Below the pieces are notes generated by a model that saw nothing but the letters and a program-made list of their open reading frames with translations, had not been told where the DNA came from and did no database searches. From the NCBI GenBank assembly GCA_040767085.1, contig JAXGPF010000012.1:32001-96000 (forward strand): a DNA stretch of 64,000 nt, read 5' to 3'. The position numbers and the translations under genes are program-made. The DNA comes from Kiritimatiellia bacterium (GTDB lineage: Bacteria > Verrucomicrobiota > Kiritimatiellia > JAAZAB01). Below, piece after piece: positions 28,707 to 38,389 of this stretch; position 1 is the first letter of the stretch; every line of letters starts with the position of its first letter.

Positions 28707-30242
28707 ATGAAAAAAATTGTTTTATCGGCCATGGCGGTTTCCGGAATCTGTCTTGGCGGCGAATCTTCCGCCCGTATTATCGCTTACCGCGACGGTCAGG
28801 ACCTGCTGGTCCGAAGCCATTTTTCGGCAACGCAGGATGTCGTCATAAAGGTGTTTTACCACACATCATCCGGGGTGCCCAACGAATTGGCCTACCTGGT
28901 TCCGAAATCCGCGCCCTTGCTGGATTATGCGAATTTTAAGGCCATGCATCGCGGCGGCGATGAAATTCCGGCCTATCCGATGCCCATGTACGGCACGCTC
29001 GGCGGCAATCACGGATCGCCCTACGGACGGCAACTGAAAATTCCAGGGCACGGCTTGAAGGTGGCCGACCTCGGGGCCCGGCTGACGACGGAAGGCAAGG
29101 GTGATTTTTATATTATTCGCATCATTGACCAGGACCATATCCTGGTCCACCCGGAAAACCGCGGCAAACCGGGCTTCCCGATCTTCGCCGCCCTTTGCTC
29201 CGGTGATAAGCTGCTGCGGGGCGGCGTCGAACTGGCCTACGCCGAGTTGGCCATGCAGCAGGTTTATCCCGGCAATCGTTACCGGGAAAACGCATACCTG
29301 GCGAACGGCGCCAATCCGCTGCCCGACAAAACCGAGACGCCGTGCGATTTTCTCGACCATGTGGTTGATTATGACGTCATCATGCCGGATGCGCGGGTTG
29401 AGCTGTTCAAGAGCAAGCCCGGCATTGCGCATGATTTCATCGCGCCGGAACTGCCCGGTTTGCTGAACGTGCGCAGTATCTATCGCTATCAGGATAACGG
29501 CGCCTGCGTCGTTTCCGTTAAAAACACGGTCCTTTACGATATGGCCGGCTACAATTGCCTGGGCGTCATGCTGTGCTGGTCGGGCGAGATTGCCGGGAAA
29601 AAGAAAACCGAATTCTACATTCCCAAGCTCAAGCCGCTGCAAGCGGCCGGCTTCGAAACTGCGCCGGCCCTGGCGTGCGACTTTTCGGCCATTTATACGA
29701 TGCCGGATGAAATGCCGGTCGGATATAATATCGTTAAAAGCGATTGCCTGGACCCGGAAGACCCGCCCGACCGGTTCATTCGCCTGGCAGGCGATCAGGG
29801 GCGCGAAATCGGCGTGGCGCTCGGGTATTCCCTGTTTGAGGGCGTGACGGCTAAAAGCCGGAAAGCCGCGGATCGGGAAAAAATCTACCATCTTTACCGG
29901 ACGAAAAAAATGTATCCTTATTGTATCAACGTCAAAAACTGCGCGCAAGGCGATGTCCGGGAAGTGCTGGCCTACCGGCAGTATTTCGATCCGCGGCGCG
30001 AGCCGGATGCCACGGCATTTTATTTCCATCGCCAGCGGAATTCCGAAGTGGTCTATCTCGATTTCCACAAATCTTTGACCGAGAAATGCATCGCCCTGCC
30101 GGCTTACATGGCGGGCAAGCAGATCGAGGTTTTGGAGCGGACCCCGTCGGTCACTCTGCACACTGCGGGCGCCGTGCCCGCCGGGGGTATTTCCCTGAGT
30201 GTGGCCAGCGATTACGGTTATATTGTGCTGAAGCTCGATTGA
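28707..30242 (+). CDS. Hypothetical secreted protein
   Basis: GGGAG RBS, MKKIVL signal peptide, long ORF with host-like codon usage. Confidence 0.75.
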   Translation: MKKIVLSAMAVSGICLGGESSARIIAYRDGQDLLVRSHFSATQDVVIKVFYHTSSGVPNELAYLVPKSAPLLDYANFKAMHRGGDEIPAYPMPMYGTLGGNHGSPYGRQLKIPGHGLKVADLGARLTTEGKGDFYIIRIIDQDHILVHPENRGKPGFPIFAALCSGDKLLRGGVELAYAELAMQQVYPGNRYRENAYLANGANPLPDKTETPCDFLDHVVDYDVIMPDARVELFKSKPGIAHDFIAPELPGLLNVRSIYRYQDNGACVVSVKNTVLYDMAGYNCLGVMLCWSGEIAGKKKTEFYIPKLKPLQAAGFETAPALACDFSAIYTMPDEMPVGYNIVKSDCLDPEDPPDRFIRLAGDQGREIGVALGYSLFEGVTAKSRKAADREKIYHLYRTKKMYPYCINVKNCAQGDVREVLAYRQYFDPRREPDATAFYFHRQRNSEVVYLDFHKSLTEKCIALPAYMAGKQIEVLERTPSVTLHTAGAVPAGGISLSVASDYGYIVLKLD

Positions 30243-30277
30243 GCCGCCGGCCGGTGCATCCTAGCGGAATGGCGGAT

Positions 30278-30495
30278 GAGCCAATTTCAAAAGTCGCATG
30301 CCCGCCTGCTCCAGGCTTCTGTGTCGAACGCCGTTCGGCTATTACAGTAATCTGGATGTAGTAGCGCCACGGTGTGGCGCATCCGGAATCCGGGATGCCG
30401 AACGCCGTTCGGCTACTACAGTGGAAAGTATGCCGAACGCCGTTCGGCTACTACAATTCCGGACTGTAGTGGCGCCACTGCGTGGCGCATCCGGT
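30278..30495. repeat. Lone MITE-type end followed by a REP cluster
   Basis: GAGCCAATTTCAAAAGTC, then three CGAACGCCGTTCGGCTA(C/T)TACA and two TGTAGTRGCGCCAC...GTGGCGCATCCGG. Confidence 0.8.
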
Positions 30496-30638
30496 TCCTC
30501 ATTTTGAGTGCGGCTCGACGCCGCTTTTCCCCTGCGAGCCTGCCGGATGAAAGCGGTATCAAGCTTGCTCCAACCGAGCGGGGCTGCCGCAGTCCAAGAG
30601 ACTGATCAAAAAGGAAGATTGAAATGCAGAATATCCGT

Positions 30639-30797
30639 AGTTAATTTCAAAACTCCGCGTGGAACAGTTGGGGTGTAACCCAACCCTCTAAAAACCAGTG
30701 GTTTTTGTGTTTTTGGAGGGCCGACTTCCCAGCCGTCGTTCGCCGCGGCGAACTATGGCGGGCACAGCCACGCCGGCCAAGACTTCTGAAATTGGCT
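30639..30797 (-). mobile_element. MITE-like dispersed repeat, copy B
   Basis: Imperfect 17-bp terminal inverted repeats AGTTAATTTCAAAACTC / GACTTCTGAAATTGGCT. Confidence 0.8.
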
Positions 30798-30817
30798 TCA
30801 GACCAGAATGGCCGGAT

Positions 30818-33800
30818 TTACGCCGGCAACGCGGCGGCGGCGCGCTGGACGCGTTGCCGGCATTGGTCGAGCAGGGCGGCGAAGGCAGTGGCGGAGCAAT
30901 CGCTCCCGATCGCGCGCCGGGCCAGGGCGGCCAGGGCGTGGGGATCCTGGGGGATGACATAAACCTGGCGGTCTTCAAAAAGCTGCAGGCAGTGTTCCAC
31001 CCGGCGCAGCAGGATATAGTCGGTCCGTAACGCATCGGCCTCCGCGGCGGGCAGAATGCCCGCGCCGGCCAGCAGGGCCAGGCTGGCGAGGGTGTTGCCG
31101 TTCAGCAATTCCGGCCGTCCGCCGGCGTGGATCAACTGCAAACCCTGAACCAGGAATTCCAGATCGCGGATGCCGCCCGGCCCGTTTTTCAAATCGCGTT
31201 GCGGAAAACCGCCGGCAGCGGCGATCTTGCCGCAGGCCATGGCGCGCAGGCGCCGGATGGAGGCGGCAACCTGAGCGGGGGCGCGCGGCAGCCGGAGAAT
31301 TTCGCCGGCGCCGTCGCAGAAGGCCTGGCCGAGCGCCAGGTCGCCGGCCACCGGGCGGGCTTTCAGCAGCGCCTGCACTTCCCAGAGCGCGGCTTTCCGG
31401 CGGTAATACTCCAGGAGCGCCGGCAGCGGGTACACCAGCCGCCCGGCGGATCCGTAAGGGCGCAGGCGGAAATCCACGCGGTAGGCATAACCTTCGGCGG
31501 TGTGGCCGGCCAGGTCGGCGGCGATACGGCGCAGGGCGCGGCTGCAGATTTCCTGCTCGCGCGGGTCGCCGCCGGCGCAGATGCCCAGCAAATCAATGTC
31601 CGAGCTGTAATTCAATTCCTGGCCGCCGAGTTTGCCGAAGGCCAGCACGCAGAACCCCGGGATGGCGCCGCCATGTTCATCCCGGAAGCGCTCCAGCGCC
31701 AGCCGGATAATGGTTTCCGCCAGGGCGGTGATACCGGCGGTGATTTCCGGGAGGGGCGCGCGGAGGCAGATATCGCGGGCGCCGGTGCGTAGAATTTCGC
31801 GGCGCCGGAATTGGCGGATCGCATCCCGCCAGTCGCCGCCGGCAGCGGCCAGGAAGTTGCGCAAATCGGTTTCAATCGCCGACATGGAACGCTGGGCATT
31901 GAAGATGTCCGGCGCGGTCACCCAATCGAAGAAGCCGGGATTGCGGATCAGGGTATCGGCCAGGAACTGGCTGGCGGCGAAAATGCCGAGCAGGATTTCC
32001 AGGCGGCGCGGCTGGGAGAGCAGCAGCGCGTAATGGCCGGCGGCATCGGGCAGGGATTGCGTGAAACGCTCCCAGTTGTTGAGCGCCATGTCGGGATCGG
32101 CGCTGTGTTTCAGGCTGTCGCCCGCCAGGATGGCCAGGCGGGCGAAGGCCGTGCGGCGCGCGGCGTCGCCTGCCAGCCGTTGCAGGTTGGTCAGGGCGCG
32201 GCGGCCGTCATGGAAGCCCGCCGCCCGCAGGATTTTCCGGCTGACGGCGGCGGGCAGGGCGTCTGACAACACCAGGTCGGCCAGGTTGCCGCCCGGCGGA
32301 CCCGGCAGAGCCGCGCGTCCGAAATGGCGTTCCACAAAGGCGCGGACGGTGGCGGTCTGGGTTTTGAAATCCACGCGCAACTGCTGCTCGGGCGTCATTT
32401 CCGGGGTTTGCCGGTAGCCCATGCGGCGGGCCAGGTGGACGAACTCCGGCGCGCCTTCCGGCGGCAGGCACAAATCGCGGGCGGAGCCGCGCAGCATGCG
32501 CAAGCCGTTGATCAGGCGGCGCAGGAAATAATACGCGCCGGCCAGTTCCCGCGACTCATCGGCGGTCAAAACACCCAGCTCGGCCAGGGCTTCCAACGCT
32601 GCATGAATGCGCGGAGTGCGCAGCTTGGGGAACCGCTCGGCGTGCATGACCTGCAGAATCTGGACATCGTATTCCAGGTCCACCAGCGCACCGGGACTGA
32701 ACTTGGCATTGTCCAGCCGCCGCCCGCCGCTCGAGGGAATATCGCGTTCCGGGCGGGCGGCGGACGCTGCCGCGGCGGGCTCAGCCTTGGCCGCCCACTG
32801 TTTTTCGCGCAATTGCCGTAGGGATGCCACGTCCAAAGGCCGGCCGGAATAAATAAATTCATCCCGCAGCCGTTCCACGCGCGCGCCCAGGGCGGGGTCG
32901 CCGGCGACATGGCGCAGCCGCACGAGCGCCAGCCGTTCATAAGCCTGCGCCGGGCCGTCGGGCGCGTAATAACGGCAGAAACTTTCCAGGCTGCTGGCGA
33001 GCGGACCGCTGTTGCCGTAAGGGCGCAGGCGCAGGTCAATATGGAAAATGCCTTCGCGCTTGGCGCGCACTTGCTCGGCCAGCAGGCGGGCGAAGCTGTC
33101 GAAGAATTCGGCATTCGACAACGGCGCGAGACCGTCCGTCCGCCCGTTATCGTTATAAACCAGCAGCAATTCGATGTCGGAGGCGTATCCCATGGCGACG
33201 CCCCCGAATTTGCCCAGGCCGCAGATCGCCCAGGCGGTTTCCAGGCCGGCCACCGTGCCCGGCCGCCCGTGGCGTTCGACCAGCAAGCGGTAGATCAAAT
33301 CCGCCGCGGCCTGAATCACGGCCTCGGCGAGCTGGGTCAGGGCTTCGGCGAAAGCGCGGACATCGCTGTCCGGTTTCAGAATATGGTCGAGGTCGATCAG
33401 GAAAATCTCGCGGTCTTTGAAGTCGTTCAGGCGCTGGAATTCATCGCCGCTGCCGGCGGCGGCGTCCAACTCCGCCTGCAGGGCGCGCCGGAGGTCGGCG
33501 GGCGCATGGGCGAACCGGCGGCCGGCGACGTGGGGCTGCAGGATGGGCAGCAGCGATTCATATTGCAGGCGGATGAAATCCTCCCAGATGAAATCGCTGG
33601 CGCCCAGCAGGCGCGCCAGTTCCTGGAGCGCGTCCGGCTGCGCCAGCAAATCCGCCCAGGCGCCGCTGGCCGGGGTCTGCATGATGTTTTCCGCCAGCTG
33701 CCCGAAGCGGCCGAGAGCGGTATAGGGATCGGGCGCATGGCCAAGGAAGTAGGTGAACTGCTTCGTCAGCAGCGCGGTAAACTTGATCTGATCCAGCCGC

Positions 33801-34573
33801 GCCGGGTCGGTCGGCGGCCGGCCATCGCGATCCACCACGTCAATTTCGTCAGTGATCCAGCCGGCTGCCGTGCGGATGCGCACGCGTTCGATGGACATGC
33901 CCTGCAGGGCGAGCGCGCTGCTCATGGCGAAAAGGAAAGCCGGCGTGTCCTGCGCCATGACTTGCAACCGGGTGAAGTCCTCCGCCGGGCGCAGGTCCAG
34001 GGTGACCGGGTAAAGCACCGGCAAATCCGCCAGGCGCAGTTCCGCCAGGCGGGCGGCGACCATTTCATTGACGCGGCGCCGCGCGTCCTCGATCTTTCCG
34101 TTTTCCAGCAGAGCGATGGTGGTTCCAATGGATTTTTCGAATGCCGCCGGCCAGCCCGCGGCGTCGGCGGCGGCATCCAGTTCGCCGGCGAAGTAATCGA
34201 TGATCAAGCGCCGCCCGCCGGCGGCGGGCGCATCCGTCTTTCGCGCGTCCGGCCGGCGCCGGGCATAGGTGAAGATTTCGCCCGCCAGGATGTTGAAACC
34301 GCCGGCGGCCAGCAGGCCGGTGATCAGGGAAAACAGCGCCGGGTAATCGTAAGCCATGACCGTGCAGGCCATGCGGCGCCCGGGGCCGGGCTCGAAAATC
34401 ACGGCGGAAGGCGCGGCGGGCGACAGGGCGGCCAGGGCGCGCAGGTGGCGTTGCATCTGCGCCGGCTGGAAGAAGTCGAAATAATTGTCATCCAGGCGCG
34501 CCAGGTGTTCCGCCAGCAGCGCCGGCGGGAGTTCGGGACACAGTGCCTGCAGTTCGTGGAGCGCCGGTTTCAT
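30818..34573 (-). CDS. glnE: Glutamine synthetase adenylyltransferase with two N-terminal ACT domains
   Basis: Two NTase motifs (GKFGGVAMGYASDIE; GKLGGQELNYSSDID), each followed by DxRLRPYG; ACT-like DYPALFSLITGLL and DTPAFLFAMSSAL. Confidence 0.85.
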   Translation of the reverse strand: MKPALHELQALCPELPPALLAEHLARLDDNYFDFFQPAQMQRHLRALAALSPAAPSAVIFEPGPGRRMACTVMAYDYPALFSLITGLLAAGGFNILAGEIFTYARRRPDARKTDAPAAGGRRLIIDYFAGELDAAADAAGWPAAFEKSIGTTIALLENGKIEDARRRVNEMVAARLAELRLADLPVLYPVTLDLRPAEDFTRLQVMAQDTPAFLFAMSSALALQGMSIERVRIRTAAGWITDEIDVVDRDGRPPTDPARLDQIKFTALLTKQFTYFLGHAPDPYTALGRFGQLAENIMQTPASGAWADLLAQPDALQELARLLGASDFIWEDFIRLQYESLLPILQPHVAGRRFAHAPADLRRALQAELDAAAGSGDEFQRLNDFKDREIFLIDLDHILKPDSDVRAFAEALTQLAEAVIQAAADLIYRLLVERHGRPGTVAGLETAWAICGLGKFGGVAMGYASDIELLLVYNDNGRTDGLAPLSNAEFFDSFARLLAEQVRAKREGIFHIDLRLRPYGNSGPLASSLESFCRYYAPDGPAQAYERLALVRLRHVAGDPALGARVERLRDEFIYSGRPLDVASLRQLREKQWAAKAEPAAAASAARPERDIPSSGGRRLDNAKFSPGALVDLEYDVQILQVMHAERFPKLRTPRIHAALEALAELGVLTADESRELAGAYYFLRRLINGLRMLRGSARDLCLPPEGAPEFVHLARRMGYRQTPEMTPEQQLRVDFKTQTATVRAFVERHFGRAALPGPPGGNLADLVLSDALPAAVSRKILRAAGFHDGRRALTNLQRLAGDAARRTAFARLAILAGDSLKHSADPDMALNNWERFTQSLPDAAGHYALLLSQPRRLEILLGIFAASQFLADTLIRNPGFFDWVTAPDIFNAQRSMSAIETDLRNFLAAAGGDWRDAIRQFRRREILRTGARDICLRAPLPEITAGITALAETIIRLALERFRDEHGGAIPGFCVLAFGKLGGQELNYSSDIDLLGICAGGDPREQEICSRALRRIAADLAGHTAEGYAYRVDFRLRPYGSAGRLVYPLPALLEYYRRKAALWEVQALLKARPVAGDLALGQAFCDGAGEILRLPRAPAQVAASIRRLRAMACGKIAAAGGFPQRDLKNGPGGIRDLEFLVQGLQLIHAGGRPELLNGNTLASLALLAGAGILPAAEADALRTDYILLRRVEHCLQLFEDRQVYVIPQDPHALAALARRAIGSDCSATAFAALLDQCRQRVQRAAAALPA

Positions 34574-34761
34574 GCCGGGCCAGTATAATTAAAGCGCGGG
34601 GGGAAGAAAGCAAATTTTACCGGAACGCATATCCGCTTGACCGGCGGCGGAATTTGTGTTTAATTCAATGAATTCCATGAACCTGGCAGGCAGAAGGCGG
34701 CCGTCCGCCGGCAATGCCGGCAGGACGGTTGATGAACCAACAGCAGAAAGGCGACACCAGC

Positions 34762-35871
34762 ATGCGCAAAATACGTGTGGCGATTATCGGGCAGGGCCGC
34801 AGCGGCCGCAACATCCACGGCCAGTATTTGATCAAGGATCCGCGCTACCAGATCGTGGCCGTGGCGGATTTCCTGGAAGAGCGCCGCCGGCGGGCGATGG
34901 AGGAATACAAGTGCGACGCCTATGCCGATTATCACGACCTCTTCAAGCGCAACGACCTTGACCTGATTGTCAACTCGACCTTCAGTTACATGCATGTGCC
35001 GGTTACACTGGAGATTTTGAAGGCGGGATTTAACGTGCTCTGCGAGAAGCCGCTGGCGTCGCGGGCGAAGGATGTGGACAAGATGATCGCCGCCGCCAAA
35101 AAGGCCCGCCGCATTTTCGCGGTTTACCAGCAATCCCGGCTGGCCGGTTACTTCCAGCAGGTGCAGAAGGTGATCAAGTCCGGCGTACTGGGTAGGATTG
35201 TGCACATCAACATCGCTTTCAACGGCTTCTCCCGGCGCTGGGACTGGCAGACGCTGCAGGCGTTCAATGGCGGCAACCTGCTCAATACCGGTCCGCATCC
35301 GTTGGACCAAGCCCTGCAGCTTTTCGGCGAGGGCATGCCGAAGGTGACGTGTTTCATGGACCGGGTCAATACCGCCGGCGACGCCGAGGATCACGTTAAG
35401 TTGATCCTGAGCGGGCCCGGGCATCCCACGATTGACCTGGAGATTTCCTCCGCCTGCGCGTATCCCTGCTTCACCTACAACGTCTACGGTTCCTGCGGCG
35501 GCTTGAAGGGCTCGACCTCGGCCATGGAATGGCGCTATTTCAAGCCCCGCGAGGCCCGCAAGCTGAAACTGGTGAAAACGCCGATTTCCACGCCCGCCGG
35601 TTTGCCCGCCTATTGCGACGGCGCCAGCCCGGACAACCTGAAGTGGTATGTGGATGCCTGGCCGGTCAGCGTGCAGCCCGTCAAAAAGCCCAACGCCGGC
35701 GGTTATACCGCCGCGCAACCGCCCGTGGAAATGGCAGCCAGCTACTACACCATGCTGTACAAAGTCCTGACGAAGAAAACGCCGCTGACAATCACGCCCG
35801 AGCAGGTCCGGCGCCAGATCGCCGTGATCGAAGAGTGCCAGCGGCAGAATCCCCAGATTTATGGGAAGTAA
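34762..35871 (+). CDS. Gfo/Idh/MocA oxidoreductase
   Basis: IIGQGRSG, CEKP, GGNLLNTGPHPLD. Confidence 0.9.
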   Translation: MRKIRVAIIGQGRSGRNIHGQYLIKDPRYQIVAVADFLEERRRRAMEEYKCDAYADYHDLFKRNDLDLIVNSTFSYMHVPVTLEILKAGFNVLCEKPLASRAKDVDKMIAAAKKARRIFAVYQQSRLAGYFQQVQKVIKSGVLGRIVHINIAFNGFSRRWDWQTLQAFNGGNLLNTGPHPLDQALQLFGEGMPKVTCFMDRVNTAGDAEDHVKLILSGPGHPTIDLEISSACAYPCFTYNVYGSCGGLKGSTSAMEWRYFKPREARKLKLVKTPISTPAGLPAYCDGASPDNLKWYVDAWPVSVQPVKKPNAGGYTAAQPPVEMAASYYTMLYKVLTKKTPLTITPEQVRRQIAVIEECQRQNPQIYGK

Positions 35872-37270
35872 CGACACATTCATCAACCCCGCCGCGATTG
35901 AAAAATTGCTGGTAGAGGCCGCCCAGCCCGACCGGCGCCGGGCGTTCGAGGTGTTGGACCGCGCGCTGGAGAAAAAAGGGTTGGCGCCGGAAGACGCGGC
36001 GGTATTGCTGAACACGGACGATCCGGAAGTGACGGAGCGCCTGCTGGAAGATGCCGGCCGGGTCAAACATGAAATATACGGCCGGCGGCTGGTGCTGTTC
36101 GCGCCGCTGTATATCGCCAACTATTGCTCCAACAACTGCCTGTATTGCGCTTTTAGGCGCGATAATCGGGCGGTGCGGCGCCGCGCGTTGAGCATGGCGG
36201 AAGTGGCGGAGGAAACCCTCCGGCTGGAACAGCAGGGCCACAAGCGGCTGCTGCTGCTGACCGGCGAGGACCTCACGCGCTCGAGCCTGGACTATTTCCT
36301 GGAAGCAATCCGCACGGTCTATGCCACGAAGACCCCGGACGGCAAGGGCGCCATCCGGCGGATCAACGTTGAAATCGCGCCGTTGGATGAAGCCGGGTTC
36401 CGCCAGTTGAAGGCCGCCGACATCGGCACGTATGTTCTATTCCAGGAGACCTACCACCCTGAAACCTACGCTCGCATGCATCCCGACGGCCCCAAGGCGG
36501 ACTACCGCTGGCGCCTTTACGCCATGCATCGCGCCCAGGCGGGCGGCATTGACGATGTCGGCATCGGCGTCTTGTTCGGCCTGCATGCGGATTACCGGTT
36601 CGAAGTCCTGAGCATGCTGGAGCATGCCCGCTGCCTCGAAAGGGATTGCGGCGTCGGTCCGCACACGCTCAGCGTGCCCCGGCTGGAGCCGGCGCTGAAC
36701 GCCCCGGCCGCGCAACAGCCGCCGTACCCGGTGTCGGACCATGATTTCAAGCGGCTGGTGGCCATCCTGCGGCTGGCAGTGCCCTACACGGGCATCATTC
36801 TTTCCACCCGCGAAAAGGCGGAACTCCGCAACGCGTTGTTCGCCCTGGGCGTGTCGCAGATCAGCGCCGGTTCCCGCACCAATCCCGGCGGGTATGGCGA
36901 AAATGGCGACGACCCGGCGACCGCCCAGCAGTTTGCGCTGGGCGACACCCGCTCGCTGGAGGAAGTCATCCGGGCGGTCTGCGCCGCCGGCTACCTGCCG
37001 TCGTTCTGCACGGGGTGTTACCGGCAGGGGCGCACCGGACGGGACTTCATGGACCTGGCCAAGCCCGGGCTGATCAACCAGTTTTGCCTGCCCAACGCCA
37101 TCCTGACATTCGCGGAATACCTCTTGGATTACGCCGGCCCGGAAACGCAGGCGGCGGGGCAGCGCGTGATTCAGGCGCAGATGGAGGAAATCCGCGACCC
37201 CGGGCGCCGGAGTGAAACCGTCCGGCGTCTGGAAGCATTGCAAGCCGGCCGGCGCGATCTCTATTTTTAA
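35861..37270 (+). CDS. hydG: [FeFe]-hydrogenase H-cluster radical SAM maturase
   Basis: CSNNCLYC plus C-terminal CX2CX22C (CTGC...C), which separates HydG from ThiH; LFQETYH, GVGPHTLSVPR. Confidence 0.9.
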   Translation: MGSNDTFINPAAIEKLLVEAAQPDRRRAFEVLDRALEKKGLAPEDAAVLLNTDDPEVTERLLEDAGRVKHEIYGRRLVLFAPLYIANYCSNNCLYCAFRRDNRAVRRRALSMAEVAEETLRLEQQGHKRLLLLTGEDLTRSSLDYFLEAIRTVYATKTPDGKGAIRRINVEIAPLDEAGFRQLKAADIGTYVLFQETYHPETYARMHPDGPKADYRWRLYAMHRAQAGGIDDVGIGVLFGLHADYRFEVLSMLEHARCLERDCGVGPHTLSVPRLEPALNAPAAQQPPYPVSDHDFKRLVAILRLAVPYTGIILSTREKAELRNALFALGVSQISAGSRTNPGGYGENGDDPATAQQFALGDTRSLEEVIRAVCAAGYLPSFCTGCYRQGRTGRDFMDLAKPGLINQFCLPNAILTFAEYLLDYAGPETQAAGQRVIQAQMEEIRDPGRRSETVRRLEALQAGRRDLYF

Positions 37271-37291
37271 GAAGCATAAGGAGCAAGCATA

Positions 37292-38323
37292 ATGTTAAGG
37301 ATAGCATTTGCGGGATTCAGGCATTCGCACATCATGGGCGTGTACACTTACGTCAAGGCGCACCCCGCGGAATGGCAACTGACCGGCGCCTGCGAAGAGG
37401 ATGCCGCGGCGCGGGAGCAATTGGCCGCGCAAGGCAAGGTGGAAATCACCCACCGGGATTTTTCCGCCATGCTGGACGCCGTGGAGTGCGACGTTGTGGC
37501 GGTGGGCGACTATTACGGCCGGCGCGGGCAGTTGCTTATCGCCGCCCTGCAGCGCGGCAAGCACGTGATTTCCGACAAGCCCATCTGCACGGATATCCGG
37601 GAGTGGGAGCGGATCGCCGCCCTGGCGCGGTCAAATCAATTGAAAGTCGGCTGCCAGTTGGATGTGCGCGCGAGCGGCAACTTCCGGCGGATGCGGGAAG
37701 CGGTGCGCGGCGGCCTGATCGGCGAGGTGCTGTCCGTCGCCGTGGGCGGCCAGCATCCGCTCAATCTCGGTGTGCGGCCTGCCTGGTATTTCGAGCCGGG
37801 CAAGCATGGCGGCACGATCAACGACATCGGCATCCATGCCTTCGACTTTATTCCATGGATCACCGGGCAGGATTTTGCCGAAGTAGCGGCCGCGCGCACC
37901 TGGAACGCGCTGGCGCCGCAATATCCGCATTTCCAGACCGGCGCCCAGTACATGCTGCGTCTGCAAAATGACGCCGGCATGCTGGCCGACATGTCGTATT
38001 TCAGCCCGGCGCAGTTCAAGAGCCGCCTTCCGCAATACTGGCGGACGACGCTCTTCGGAACCGAGGGTGTTTTGGAAACCAGCTCCGGCGCCAGCCATGC
38101 GACCCTGGCGCGCAACGGCCAGTCGGCCGTGGAAGAACTCCCGGCTTTGCCGCCGTCCGAGGATATCGGGATCATGCCCAGTTTTGCCCGCGAGATTCAG
38201 GGCGCCGCCGCAGGGCTGACGGTGAGCACGGCGGAAGTGCTGTATGCCAGCCGGATCGCCTTGCTGGTGCAGCAGGCGGCTGACACCCATGCCACGGGCG
38301 TCAAATTGCCCCCGCGCGCATAA
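37292..38323 (+). CDS. Gfo/Idh/MocA oxidoreductase
   Basis: Rossmann start, SDKP, HGGTINDIGIHAFD. Confidence 0.85.
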   Translation: MLRIAFAGFRHSHIMGVYTYVKAHPAEWQLTGACEEDAAAREQLAAQGKVEITHRDFSAMLDAVECDVVAVGDYYGRRGQLLIAALQRGKHVISDKPICTDIREWERIAALARSNQLKVGCQLDVRASGNFRRMREAVRGGLIGEVLSVAVGGQHPLNLGVRPAWYFEPGKHGGTINDIGIHAFDFIPWITGQDFAEVAAARTWNALAPQYPHFQTGAQYMLRLQNDAGMLADMSYFSPAQFKSRLPQYWRTTLFGTEGVLETSSGASHATLARNGQSAVEELPALPPSEDIGIMPSFAREIQGAAAGLTVSTAEVLYASRIALLVQQAADTHATGVKLPPRA

Positions 38324-38389
38324 AGACGGGCGCCGCCGGCGTCCTGTCGTTGCCAGGCGGCGGGGCTTGGATCACACCGCCAGAGTCGG

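Noticed and set aside
28866-30161. Long antisense ORFs (also 125-1111, 32909-34588, 34660-36120, 41440-43197, 52523-53791)
   Set aside because: Shadow frames of high-GC genes with no recognisable motifs
30320-30495. CRISPR array in the repeat clusters
   Set aside because: Repeats occur in both orientations with irregular, non-unique spacers and no cas genes; they fit REP-like elements
35861-37270. ThiH assignment
   Set aside because: Length and the C-terminal CX2CX22C motif indicate HydG; no thiamine genes nearby
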